From assembly GCA_035712025.1 (NCBI GenBank), contig DASTBO010000138.1:4935-68934 (forward strand): a DNA stretch of 64,000 nt. Reading direction: 5' to 3'. Numbering within the stretch: position 1 is the stretch's first letter; every line of letters starts with the position of its first letter. The notes beneath the pieces are model-generated. The model searched no databases. It was not told the origin of the DNA and saw only the letters and a program-made list of their open reading frames with translations. A program made the translations under genes and the position numbers. This DNA comes from Solirubrobacterales bacterium. GTDB taxonomy: Bacteria > Actinomycetota > Thermoleophilia > Solirubrobacterales > 70-9. Below are positions 9,415 through 18,646 of the stretch, piece after piece.

Positions 9415-12400
9415 ATGCGGGCGGCCAGTCATTCGACAAGGGAGATGTCAGCTGTGGCTCGCAATGGAATCGTCCGGCGAGGTATTCGACTCGCGATCCT
9501 GTTCACCCTGATTGCGGTCGTGACCGCCGCAGGTGTATCCGCGGCGCTCGGCGCGAGCGGCGAAAACGCCCCTCGTTCATCGCGCGATGTCCTCGAGCAG
9601 CAGCGGGTTGCCAAGCACAAGCGTGCCGCCAAGCACCAGCGGAAGCGGAAGCATCGAGCGAAGTCCCGCCAGCAGAGTCGAAAGGACGGAGCGAGGGCCC
9701 AAGGCCCGGTCGAGCTGGCCCCCGGGGTGACCGAATCCCCCAACGGCTGGATCCACTATGAGCCGCTTCCGGCGGGACCGGACGTCCAGCTCGAAAAGAC
9801 CGTTCGCTTCGACGGCACCCCGGTCGATGGCGGCGCCGGCTGCAAGATCGAGAAGCCCTCCCAGATGCCGCCCCAGGGCCGGGAACTCTTCCGCGAAGAA
9901 ATCGCCTACAACCCCGATACCTGCGAGGCGGTCTACCTCGAAAGGCTGATCGGCGAGGCCCCCAAGTCCGGCGGTGCGCAGACGCGGGTGGTGCCTGGCA
10001 GCTCATCGGAGGTGGACTACAAGAGCGGCCACAACATGCAGCTGTGGGTCGACCCGATCGGGATCACGATCACCGGCCTCAGCGTCGACTACACCTGGCC
10101 TCTGGACGACGCGCCAGGGGAGCCCGTAGTCGATCCCTACTCCTACAAGTTCGCCCTCGACGGCTGGAGGGCGGGCCTGATCGAAAAGGATCTCATCCCG
10201 GTGTCAAAAGAGCGCCCCTTCGGCGAGGACGAAAGGATGTGGGGATCGGCGAACCCGAACTCGCCCGCAGGCGGCAACCGGGCGACCGCCTATCGCCGCT
10301 TCGAAAACATCGACTTCTACAAAGCGGTGAAAGCGGCAAAAATGGGGTTCGTCTGCCACAGCGTGCCGATGGCGTGGACCGTCTTCGAGCAGGAAGTCGC
10401 GGTCACCGGCTACTACAACGGCCGCATGGGCACCTGGCAGCACAGCGTCAAGTCCGGCCCCTGCACGGACCTCGTCCACAGCCGGGAAAAGGTCGCCTGG
10501 GGCACCAAGAGGGGCAAGTTCCCGAAGGAATTCAAGGACGAGTTCCTCAACAAGATCTGGAACGGGACCCCCTTCAGCAAAATCATCGCCTCTCTCGCCT
10601 CGATGGATCGCATGGCCGTCAACAAAGGGGGGACCTCGCCGGTGCCCTCGGACCTGCTGCCGATCGACATCAACCAGACCTCGGTCACGGTCGACGGATC
10701 GGTCAATCCGCGCGGGAAAAGCACCAACTGGTGGGCCCAGTGCGGCCCGACCGAAGCCTACGGAATGTGGGCGAGCGGGCAGGTGAACATCGGCAGCGGG
10801 GTCATCCCGGTGCCCGTCAGCGTGACGGTGCCCAACCTCCAGCCGAACACCACCTATCACTGCCGCATGGTGACGCTGAACATGAACGGGGAAGCCTCCG
10901 TCGGACCCGACAGTGAATTCACCACGAGCGAAGCGGCGGCACCGAGCGTCGCCACCGCCTACACCACTGACATCACCGATACGAGCGCCAAGATCCTTGG
11001 CTGGCTGAATGGCAATGCTGCCGCCACCAACTTCTATTTCCAGTGGGGCAAGACGACGGCGTACGGCAATAACTCTCCTGCGCCCCCCGGCTGGAGTGCC
11101 AACACTATAGACGAGCCCTTCCTGGCTGGGTATAGCCTTACCGACCTCGAACCTGGAACCACCTACCACTACCGGCTCGTCGCCTCGAATGTCTCCGGCA
11201 CCAACTACGGGGAAGACCAGACCTTCACCACCCGGTCGCTGATACCGAGTGTCACCACCGGACCGGCGGTGGAAATCACCACGAGCGACGCCAAACTGAC
11301 CGGATCGATCAACCCGAACGGACTGGCCACCAGCTACTGGTTCGAATACGGGAAGACCACCGACTATCAGTACAGAGAGCCTTGGCACGCACCTCCCGGT
11401 AATGACATCGGATCCGGGACCAGCATTGTGCAGGTGGGCGCCAAAGTCTGGTCGATCGAAATCGGAGCCACTTATCACTACCGGCTCGTCGCCAGGAACG
11501 CCCATGGGACCACCTACGGAGAAGATAAGACGTTCACCGCGCTGACCTACCCGCCGGGAGCGACGACCTTGCCGGCGATCCAGGTCGGCGAAGCGAAAGC
11601 AAGGCTCAGCGGAGCGGTCTCTCCCAACGGTGCCACCACCTACTACTTCCAATTCGGGAAAACGACCGCCTACGGAACCAACTATCCGCAGGTGCCGGAG
11701 TCGGTCGGCTCGGACCCGAGGCAAGTTCCAGTGTCCTATGAAGTCTTCAACCTCGAACCGGGGGTTACCTATCACTACCGTACTGTCGCCTCGAATTCCT
11801 CCGGCAGCAGCTACGGAAAAGACGAAACGTTCACCACTCTGACGCCGAGTACCCCGCGGATCGAACCGACCACTGCGGGTGAAGTGACCCAGTCGAAGAT
11901 CACCATGGCCTCGAAGGTCGATGTCAAAGGCCTGGCTGGCACCTATTACTTCGAATACGGGAACCTCGAAAAATACGGCTCCAAAACCGAAGAAAAAGCC
12001 GTGCCCGCCGGGTCCGGCTACCAGCAGGTGAGCGCCGCGCTGGAAGGGCTCCCGAACGGCTCGACTATCCATTACCGGGTCGTGGTCACCAACAGCGACC
12101 GGACGGTTCGAGGGACCGATCAGGTGGCGACGACCGGGTGGACCAACGAGCCGAGCGCCACCCCGAAAGGATCCAAATCCGACAAGCTGACGGACGTATC
12201 CTGCCCCAGCGCTGGCAACTGCGTCGCCGTCGGTACCTTCGAATCCTTTTCGTCCACTGATCCGAAGGTATCCGCGGAGCGTTGGGACGGCACGAGCTGG
12301 ACGGCGATCGAACCGCCTCTTCCGGCGGGCACCCTCCTCTCGGAGCTGAGAGGCGTTTCCTGCGTTGCCGTCAACAACTGCATCGCGGTGGGCTTCGCCA

Positions 12401-14793
12401 CCAGCGGTGTCAGTGCCGCCCGCCCTCTGATCATGAAATGGAACGGCTCCACCTGGACCGAAGTCTCCGCCGGGAGCCAGCTTCCGGCCGGTTCTCAGCA
12501 CGTTCTGAACGACATCTCCTGTCCGGCGGCCAATAGCTGCGAGGCGGTCGGCTACAGCATTCCGAGCAGCGGTGCGCTGAAAACGCTGGCCATGCATTGG
12601 GATGGCAGCGTCTGGACCGTGCGCGCCAGCGCCAACCCCAAATGGCCGGGATCCGTGGCCACCAAAGAAGACATGGTCCTGGCTGGCGTCGACTGCGCCA
12701 GCGCGACCTTCTGCAAGGCGGTCGGCAGGATAAGCACGAGTTTCGGAGGCAGGCCGCTGATCGAGCGGCTGAACGGCTCCGAATGGCTCAGCGAGACCAC
12801 CCAACCGCCGAGCAGCAACGTCGATACGGCCCTGAACGACGTCTCGTGTCCCACCACGGCGATGTGCGTTGCGGTCGGCAACGCCAGTACCGCGGCCTCG
12901 GCGCCGTTCCCCTCACCGGAGGCCGCCTTCATCCAGCTCTGGAACGGGAGCCAATGGAGCTTCGACTGGGCTCCCAGCGCCAACGAAACCGGGGCGGCGA
13001 TGGGCCTCGGTGCCGTCTCCTGCTCATCCCCGACGTCCTGCCGGGCCGTTGGCGCCGGAGGGCGGGGGGTGCGCTGGACCGGCAAAGACTGGAGACTGCA
13101 GGCGGCGAAGCTCCCCCTCCTCAGCGCGTCCCCCACTTCGGGGCAATCGGGCGGCATCTCCTGCCCGACCGCGGCGGAGTGCCACTCCGTGGGCTCGTAC
13201 CAGAACACGGCTGGCATAGCGCAGCGTCTGACGCAAGGCTGGTCCGGAAGCAGCACCGTGCCGGGAACGCTCGGCGACGCCGCGACGGTGAACGGCGAAA
13301 CGGGCGCCACCGTCCGTGCGTTCGTCGATCCGGCCGGGGTAGACACCAAGTACTACTTCGAATACGGGCCGACTGAATCCTATGGGACGAAAACGGCCGA
13401 AACCAGCGCCGGTTCTGGAGGCCTCAGCTTCAACTCGGGCGCCCGGATCGCGGTGGCCGTGAACCTGGGCGGCCTGCAGCCGGGGGTGAGGTACCACTAC
13501 CGCGTGGTCGCGACCAACGGCACCTCCACTGCCTACGGCCCCGACACGACCTTCGAAACGCTGAACAAGGTCAACGGGATGCCGTTGACGGAGGAATTCG
13601 ACGGTACGACCAGCCCCATTTCGGACTTCGCGACCAAGTGGGCGCCGCTGCAGTGGGCTGGAGCAGCCCACAAGGGAAACAACACCGCCGGCGGCTACGC
13701 TCCCGTCGACACTGCTCTGAACGGCGCCTACTACATGCCGATGGTCACGGACGGGGGCCTGGGCATCGCCGCCCAGGCAACGATCATGGCGGCTCCGGGC
13801 GTGGGCGGCCGCGTCTCGCTCTGGCTCGACATGGGCAGCCCGGCCACGGCCAAGTCCGGTTACCAGCTGGTCTTCCAGGAAACGAGCCTGGACACCTATA
13901 CCGTCACCCTGAAGAAGTGGCTCAACGGCGTGGAAACGTCGCTGGCCTCTAAAACGGGCTACTACTTTCCCCCCGCCAGCTCGATGTCCCTCGTCGATAT
14001 CGGGGGGGCGGTCTCCGCGTGGGGCAATCTCGACGGCAACTTCGCCAAAATCGTAGGTGCGACCGACAGCGGCTTCTCCGCCGGCAACGCCGGGGTCGAG
14101 GTGTCCGGTTCGAGCGCGGCCCGCGTGACCAGATTCAAGGTGGGGACGCTGTGTCCGGAAGGGCCGAACTTCGATTTCGCTGCGATAGCGATCCCGAAAT
14201 TGGACCCGCTCGACCGCAACGAATCGCCGCTCTCGCTGTCCGGTGCCTGGGGGGCGTTCGGCTGGGCCACGACCGCCGTCAAACCCGGGAAAGTCGTATC
14301 CGGATCCGGCTGGACCTCTGGCGAGACGACGAGCGCGATGGCCGGCGCCTATTGGCAGAAAGCCACGATCGGAGACACCGGCACCGGCGATGCGGTCATC
14401 GTCACCAACAACAAAGCCATCGGCAGCTCGCCCAACTCCATTGGCCTGTGGTTGAACGCGGCCAACCCCGGTTCGGCGACGAGGAACGGCTACCAGTTGC
14501 GGGTGACGGAGGTGAGCACCGGGGTTGACCTCAAGGTCTGGAAGTGGGTGAACAACGTGCCCACTCAGCTGGGGAGCAAACTCCTCACCACGGGCGCCTG
14601 GGTGGTCGGGGCCAAGTTTGCCCTGATCGAGAGAGACGGCACGGTTTCGGCGTGGTGGAGCCCGAACGGAGGCACGTTCTCACGGGCGACCATCGCGTCC
14701 GACACGACCTACAGCTACGGGTATGCCGGAGTCGAAGCCTCCGGCACCACCGCCCTGAAGGACTTCAAGGCGGGCATTCTGCCCCAGTTCTGA
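9415..14793 (+). CDS. giant secreted multidomain protein: signal/TM anchor, unknown N-domain, Fn3-like modules, 7 Cys-pair blades, tandem lectin/jelly-roll-like domains
   Basis: 1792-aa uninterrupted ORF with internally repeated protein motifs. Start is ambiguous: ATG 9415, ATG 9445, or GTG 9454, which lies 9 nt after AAGGGAG. Hydrophobic segment IRLAILFTLIAVVTAAGVSAALG. Confidence 0.85.
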   Translation: MRAASHSTREMSAVARNGIVRRGIRLAILFTLIAVVTAAGVSAALGASGENAPRSSRDVLEQQRVAKHKRAAKHQRKRKHRAKSRQQSRKDGARAQGPVELAPGVTESPNGWIHYEPLPAGPDVQLEKTVRFDGTPVDGGAGCKIEKPSQMPPQGRELFREEIAYNPDTCEAVYLERLIGEAPKSGGAQTRVVPGSSSEVDYKSGHNMQLWVDPIGITITGLSVDYTWPLDDAPGEPVVDPYSYKFALDGWRAGLIEKDLIPVSKERPFGEDERMWGSANPNSPAGGNRATAYRRFENIDFYKAVKAAKMGFVCHSVPMAWTVFEQEVAVTGYYNGRMGTWQHSVKSGPCTDLVHSREKVAWGTKRGKFPKEFKDEFLNKIWNGTPFSKIIASLASMDRMAVNKGGTSPVPSDLLPIDINQTSVTVDGSVNPRGKSTNWWAQCGPTEAYGMWASGQVNIGSGVIPVPVSVTVPNLQPNTTYHCRMVTLNMNGEASVGPDSEFTTSEAAAPSVATAYTTDITDTSAKILGWLNGNAAATNFYFQWGKTTAYGNNSPAPPGWSANTIDEPFLAGYSLTDLEPGTTYHYRLVASNVSGTNYGEDQTFTTRSLIPSVTTGPAVEITTSDAKLTGSINPNGLATSYWFEYGKTTDYQYREPWHAPPGNDIGSGTSIVQVGAKVWSIEIGATYHYRLVARNAHGTTYGEDKTFTALTYPPGATTLPAIQVGEAKARLSGAVSPNGATTYYFQFGKTTAYGTNYPQVPESVGSDPRQVPVSYEVFNLEPGVTYHYRTVASNSSGSSYGKDETFTTLTPSTPRIEPTTAGEVTQSKITMASKVDVKGLAGTYYFEYGNLEKYGSKTEEKAVPAGSGYQQVSAALEGLPNGSTIHYRVVVTNSDRTVRGTDQVATTGWTNEPSATPKGSKSDKLTDVSCPSAGNCVAVGTFESFSSTDPKVSAERWDGTSWTAIEPPLPAGTLLSELRGVSCVAVNNCIAVGFATSGVSAARPLIMKWNGSTWTEVSAGSQLPAGSQHVLNDISCPAANSCEAVGYSIPSSGALKTLAMHWDGSVWTVRASANPKWPGSVATKEDMVLAGVDCASATFCKAVGRISTSFGGRPLIERLNGSEWLSETTQPPSSNVDTALNDVSCPTTAMCVAVGNASTAASAPFPSPEAAFIQLWNGSQWSFDWAPSANETGAAMGLGAVSCSSPTSCRAVGAGGRGVRWTGKDWRLQAAKLPLLSASPTSGQSGGISCPTAAECHSVGSYQNTAGIAQRLTQGWSGSSTVPGTLGDAATVNGETGATVRAFVDPAGVDTKYYFEYGPTESYGTKTAETSAGSGGLSFNSGARIAVAVNLGGLQPGVRYHYRVVATNGTSTAYGPDTTFETLNKVNGMPLTEEFDGTTSPISDFATKWAPLQWAGAAHKGNNTAGGYAPVDTALNGAYYMPMVTDGGLGIAAQATIMAAPGVGGRVSLWLDMGSPATAKSGYQLVFQETSLDTYTVTLKKWLNGVETSLASKTGYYFPPASSMSLVDIGGAVSAWGNLDGNFAKIVGATDSGFSAGNAGVEVSGSSAARVTRFKVGTLCPEGPNFDFAAIAIPKLDPLDRNESPLSLSGAWGAFGWATTAVKPGKVVSGSGWTSGETTSAMAGAYWQKATIGDTGTGDAVIVTNNKAIGSSPNSIGLWLNAANPGSATRNGYQLRVTEVSTGVDLKVWKWVNNVPTQLGSKLLTTGAWVVGAKFALIERDGTVSAWWSPNGGTFSRATIASDTTYSYGYAGVEASGTTALKDFKAGILPQF

Positions 14794-14800
14794 GGATCCA

Positions 14801-14832
14801 CCGCGCGCCGGATCGCTGCATCCGGCGCGCGG
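14801..14832. terminator. bidirectional hairpin between convergent giant gene and msrB
   Basis: Perfect 13-bp stem CCGCGCGCCGGAT / ATCCGGCGCGCGG with a 6-nt loop, 8 nt after the giant-gene stop and 6 nt from the msrB stop. No U-tract. Confidence 0.55.
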
Positions 14833-14837
14833 CTCCG

Positions 14838-15236
14838 CTACTCCTTCTCCAGGGTCAGGGCGCAGCCGTTGATGCAGTAGCGCTTGCCGCCCTGGTCCGC
14901 CGGTCCGTCGTCGAAGACGTGGCCGAGGTGGGCGTCGCAGTGCCTGCAGACGACCTCGGTGCGGCGCATGAAGAGGCTGTTGTCGGGGCGCAGCTCGACG
15001 TGCTCGAGGTTCGCCGGCTCGGTGAAGCTGGGCCAGCCGGTGCCCGAGTCGAACTTCGTGTCGGATGAGAACAGCTCGGTGCCGCAGCAGACGCAGCGGT
15101 ACATGCCCTTTGACTTCTCGTCCACGTAGGGACCGGTGAATGCGCGCTCGGTGCCGGCCCTGCGGGTCACCTCGAACTGCTCCGGGGTGAGCCGATCCCG
15201 CCACTCCTGCTCGCTTTTCTCGACTTTCGTCGCCAT
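14838..15236 (-). CDS. msrB: peptide-methionine (R)-S-oxide reductase
   Basis: CVCCG..CRHCDAHLGHVFDDGP..RYCINGC motifs; ATG at 15236 preceded by AAGGAG at ideal spacing (track start 15260 is a TTG). Confidence 0.9.
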   Translation of the reverse strand: MATKVEKSEQEWRDRLTPEQFEVTRRAGTERAFTGPYVDEKSKGMYRCVCCGTELFSSDTKFDSGTGWPSFTEPANLEHVELRPDNSLFMRRTEVVCRHCDAHLGHVFDDGPADQGGKRYCINGCALTLEKE

Positions 15237-15288
15237 CTTTCTCCTTTCTTTCCGTGACAAATTTTACCCTCCGGGTATCACCGGCTCG

Positions 15289-15804
15289 ATGATTCGCAGG
15301 GTTTCGATCGCAGTGGCGCTCCTGGCGGCGCTGGCCCTCGTGCCGGGTACCGCCGATGCTGCTGGTTGTCCCGGGCAGGGCGATGCCGCCGCCTCCGGGG
15401 CAGCGCAGGAGAAGGCGATGCTCTGTTTGGTCAACCGGGCCCGCCAGAGCCGCGGCCTCGCGCCCCTCTCGGCGCCCGCCTCGCTCGCCAGAGCGGCGGA
15501 TCGCAAGTCGGGCGACGTCCTCCGCTGCGACGAGTTCAGCCACGAGGCCTGCGGGCGCGAGTTCACCTACTGGTTCGACCGGGTCGGCTACCGGGGTTGC
15601 CGCGAGGGCGAGAACATCGCCTACGCCTCCGGCAGCTACGCGACCCCGCGGACCATCTTCAGGCTCTGGATGAACTCCGCCGGCCACCGCCGCAACATCC
15701 TCGGCTCCTACCGGGAGATCGGGATCGGCCTCCGCGTCGGCACCCTCGGCAGCGTCGCGGACGCTCACGTCTGGACCCAGGAGCTAGGCAGCCGCGACTG
15801 CTGA
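15289..15804 (+). CDS. secreted CAP/SCP-domain protein
   Basis: ATG at 15289; signal peptide IAVALLAALALVPGTADA; ..NRARQSRGL..WMNSAGHRRNIL.. typical of the CAP superfamily. Confidence 0.75.
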   Translation: MIRRVSIAVALLAALALVPGTADAAGCPGQGDAAASGAAQEKAMLCLVNRARQSRGLAPLSAPASLARAADRKSGDVLRCDEFSHEACGREFTYWFDRVGYRGCREGENIAYASGSYATPRTIFRLWMNSAGHRRNILGSYREIGIGLRVGTLGSVADAHVWTQELGSRDC

Positions 15805-15814
15805 GGCGCCTAGG

Positions 15815-16609
15815 ATGCGCAGCGTGTTCGACGCCTTCTACGAGCGCGGCGGCGACCTCTTCCGCTCGACCGAGCTGACGCGGGGGCCCTGGGACCCCGG
15901 CGCTCAGCATGCCGGGCCGCCGTCGGCGCTGCTCGGCCACGCGATCGAGCAGCTGCCCGATGCGGAGGAGTTCCAGGTCGGCCGGCTCACCTTCGAGATC
16001 CTCCGCTCGGTGCCGATCGGGCCGGTGCGGGTCGAGGCCCGGGTGGCGCGCCCCGGCCGCCGGGTGCAGATGGTCGAGGCGGAGCTGGGCGACGCCGGCG
16101 GCGAGGTGCTGATGCGGGCCCGAGGCTGGCGGATCCGGACCGCCCGGCTCGACCTGCCGGGCGAGGCGCTGGTCGCGAGCCAGCCGCCGGCGCCGCCGGA
16201 GGAGGGGACCGACGCCGAGTTCTTCCCGACCGAGCAGGAGCACGGCTACCACTCGGCGATGGAGATCCGCTTCGTCGCCGGCGGCTTCCTCGAGCCCGGG
16301 CCGGCGACCGCCTGGCTGCGCATGCGCCAGCCCTTGGTGGCGGGGGAGGAGCCGACGCCGCTGCAGCGCACCCTCGTCGCCGCCGACGTCGGCAACGGGA
16401 TCAGCGCCGCGCTCGACTTCCGCCGCTTCCTCTTCATCAACGTCGACCTCACCGTCCACCTCGAGCGGATGCCGAAGGGGGAGTGGATCGGCGTCGACGC
16501 CGCGACGCTGCCGCGAGCGAACGGGGTGGGGACCGCCGAGTCGACCCTCTTCGACGGCGACGGCCGCGTCGGCCGCGCCCTGCAGACCCTGCTGGTCGGC
16601 GAGCGGTAG
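15815..16609 (+). CDS. thioesterase-like (double hot-dog) family protein
   Basis: 264 aa; ..TRGPWDPGAQHAGPPSALL.. and C-terminal ..DVGNGIS..VDLTVHL.. resemble acyl-CoA thioesterase-like proteins. Confidence 0.65.
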   Translation: MRSVFDAFYERGGDLFRSTELTRGPWDPGAQHAGPPSALLGHAIEQLPDAEEFQVGRLTFEILRSVPIGPVRVEARVARPGRRVQMVEAELGDAGGEVLMRARGWRIRTARLDLPGEALVASQPPAPPEEGTDAEFFPTEQEHGYHSAMEIRFVAGGFLEPGPATAWLRMRQPLVAGEEPTPLQRTLVAADVGNGISAALDFRRFLFINVDLTVHLERMPKGEWIGVDAATLPRANGVGTAESTLFDGDGRVGRALQTLLVGER

Positions 16610-16625
16610 AGCGCGGCCCCGGCGG

Positions 16626-17789
16626 CTACCGGGCCGGGTGCAGGCGGACGAACGTCAGCAGCGCCGAAGCGAGGCAGACGACGGCGGCGAAGATGAAGGC
16701 GCCCTCGTAGCTGGTCAGCGCCGCGACCACCCCCGCGATCGGCGCTCCCAACCCGACCCCGGCGTCGAAGAAGGCGGTGTAGGTCCCCATCGCCGCCCCC
16801 CGCGCCCGCTGCGAGACCCGGCCCAGTGCGATCAGCATCAGCGAGGGGTTGAGCAGGGCGAAGGCGGCGCCCATCGCGACCCCGCCGACGAGGGCGACCG
16901 GGAGGCTGTGGGCGACCGCGATCAGCAGCAGTCCGAAGGCCTCGCCGATCGTCGCCGCGATCGCCACCGGGGCGGCGCCGATCCGGTCGGGCAGGTCGCC
17001 GAAGACCAGCCGGGTGAGGACGATCATCGCCGCGAAGGCGGCGAAGACGGTGGCGCCGTGGCCGACCCCGCGCGATTCGAGGTGCAGGACGATGAAGGTC
17101 GCCACCGCCGCGTAGCCGAAGGACGCGAGCCCGACCGCGATGCCGGGACCGACCGCCTCGGGTGCGATCAGCGGATGCGGCTCGGCGTGGGCGAGCGGGA
17201 CGAACGGGTCGCGGGCGGTGACCGCGATCAGGGCGCCGAGCACCGGCAGCGCCGCCGCGACCGCCCAGACCAGGTCGTAGCCGCCGGCGTCGAGCAGCAC
17301 CTCGCCGAGCAGCGGCCCGACGCTGAGCCCGCCCCAGACGGCGAGCCCGTAGAGGCCGAGCACGCGGCCGCGCCGTTCCTCCGGGGCGAGGTCGACGATC
17401 CAGGCCGAGCCGGCGGTGTAGACCGCGCCCTCGCCGGCGCCGAGGATGAGGCGGGCGACGATCAGGCCGGCGATTCCCAGAGCGGGGAGGTAGAGCAGGC
17501 CGCTGAGCGCGACCAGCATCGCCCCGACCAGGACGGTCGGCTTGCGGCCGCGGGTGTCGGCGAAGCGACCGGCGACCGGCCGCAGCAGCAGCCCGGTGAT
17601 CGCGTAGGCGCCGATCACCACGCCGACCGCGACGTCGCCGGAGTCGAGCGGGCCGTGGATGTAGCGGGGCAGGACCGGCAGCACCGAGCCGACCGCGACC
17701 AGGCCGCAGAAGGTGACGGCGAAGACCCCGGCGAAGCTGTGCCCGGGCCGTTGCTCGGCGCTTCGCTCTGCGGGTGCGGTCGCGCTCAC
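16626..17789 (-). CDS. MFS transporter
   Basis: 387 aa, ~12 TM, RFADTRGRKPT loop 2-3 motif; GTGA overlap with the upstream HAD gene. Confidence 0.85.
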   Translation of the reverse strand: MSATAPAERSAEQRPGHSFAGVFAVTFCGLVAVGSVLPVLPRYIHGPLDSGDVAVGVVIGAYAITGLLLRPVAGRFADTRGRKPTVLVGAMLVALSGLLYLPALGIAGLIVARLILGAGEGAVYTAGSAWIVDLAPEERRGRVLGLYGLAVWGGLSVGPLLGEVLLDAGGYDLVWAVAAALPVLGALIAVTARDPFVPLAHAEPHPLIAPEAVGPGIAVGLASFGYAAVATFIVLHLESRGVGHGATVFAAFAAMIVLTRLVFGDLPDRIGAAPVAIAATIGEAFGLLLIAVAHSLPVALVGGVAMGAAFALLNPSLMLIALGRVSQRARGAAMGTYTAFFDAGVGLGAPIAGVVAALTSYEGAFIFAAVVCLASALLTFVRLHPAR

Positions 17790-18607
17790 GCGAGCAGGCC
17801 GCGGAGGTCCTCGAGCACGAAGTCGGGAGCCGGGTCGGCGGCCGCGGCCTCCTCGCGGCCGGTCGTGCCGCTGAGGACGAGGATCGTCTCCAGCCCGGCG
17901 GCGCGCCCGCCGGCGACGTCGGAGGAGATCCGGTCGCCCACCATCGCCACCCGCCCCTTCGCCTGTTCCTTTTCGTTGCCATGGGCCGAAAAGGAACAGC
18001 GGAGCGCCTCCTGCGCCATCTCGAACAGGTGCCGCTCCGGCTTGCCGGCGATCTCCGCCCGCCGTCCCGAGGCGGTCTCGACCGCCGCCAGCACCGCGCC
18101 GGTGCCGGGCAGCTCGCCGCCGGGGTAGGGCATCGTCGGGTCGCGGCTGGTGGCGAAGAGGGCGGCGCCGCGTTCCAGCGCCCGCTTCGCCGTCAGCAGC
18201 TCCTCGTAGTCGAAGCCGCGGTGGCCGGAGACGACGACCGCCTTCGCCTCCCAGGCCTCTTCCCCGGCGAGCACCCGCGCCCCGGTTGCGGCGACCATCT
18301 CCTTCAGCGCCGGCGCGCCGATCACGAAGGCCCCGCCTCCCTCTCCCGCGGCTTCGCCGGCCAAGCGCGCCGCGACCACCCCGGCGGTGACGATCTGCCC
18401 GGCCTCGACCTCCACCCCCAGCTCGCCCAGCCGCTTCGCGTAGGCCGCCGGAGCCTTGCCGGGATTGTTGGTGACGAAGACGATTCCCTTGCCCGCCTCG
18501 AGCAGCGCCCGCAGCGTCTCCGGCGAGCCGGTAACCGGCTCCCGGCCGATCCAGACGACGCCGTCGAGGTCGACCAGAAGTCCGTCGAAGCGATCCGCGA
18601 GGGCCAC
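17786..18607 (-). CDS. HAD-IIA family hydrolase (NagD-like)
   Basis: 273 aa; LLVDLDGVVW motif I, FVTNN motif II, MVGDRISSD motif IV; GTG start. Confidence 0.8.
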   Translation of the reverse strand: MALADRFDGLLVDLDGVVWIGREPVTGSPETLRALLEAGKGIVFVTNNPGKAPAAYAKRLGELGVEVEAGQIVTAGVVAARLAGEAAGEGGGAFVIGAPALKEMVAATGARVLAGEEAWEAKAVVVSGHRGFDYEELLTAKRALERGAALFATSRDPTMPYPGGELPGTGAVLAAVETASGRRAEIAGKPERHLFEMAQEALRCSFSAHGNEKEQAKGRVAMVGDRISSDVAGGRAAGLETILVLSGTTGREEAAAADPAPDFVLEDLRGLLA

Positions 18608-18646
18608 GAGCGCACCCTAGTTGCCGGATCGGTAGCGTGCCGGCCA

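Noticed and set aside
14155-14215. GGGCCGAACTTCGATTTCGCTGCGATAGCGATCCCGAAATTGGACCCGCTC in the giant gene is vaguely similar to the palindromic repeat.
   Set aside because: Only short shared words, and no consistent stem pairing. I could not distinguish it from chance by eye.
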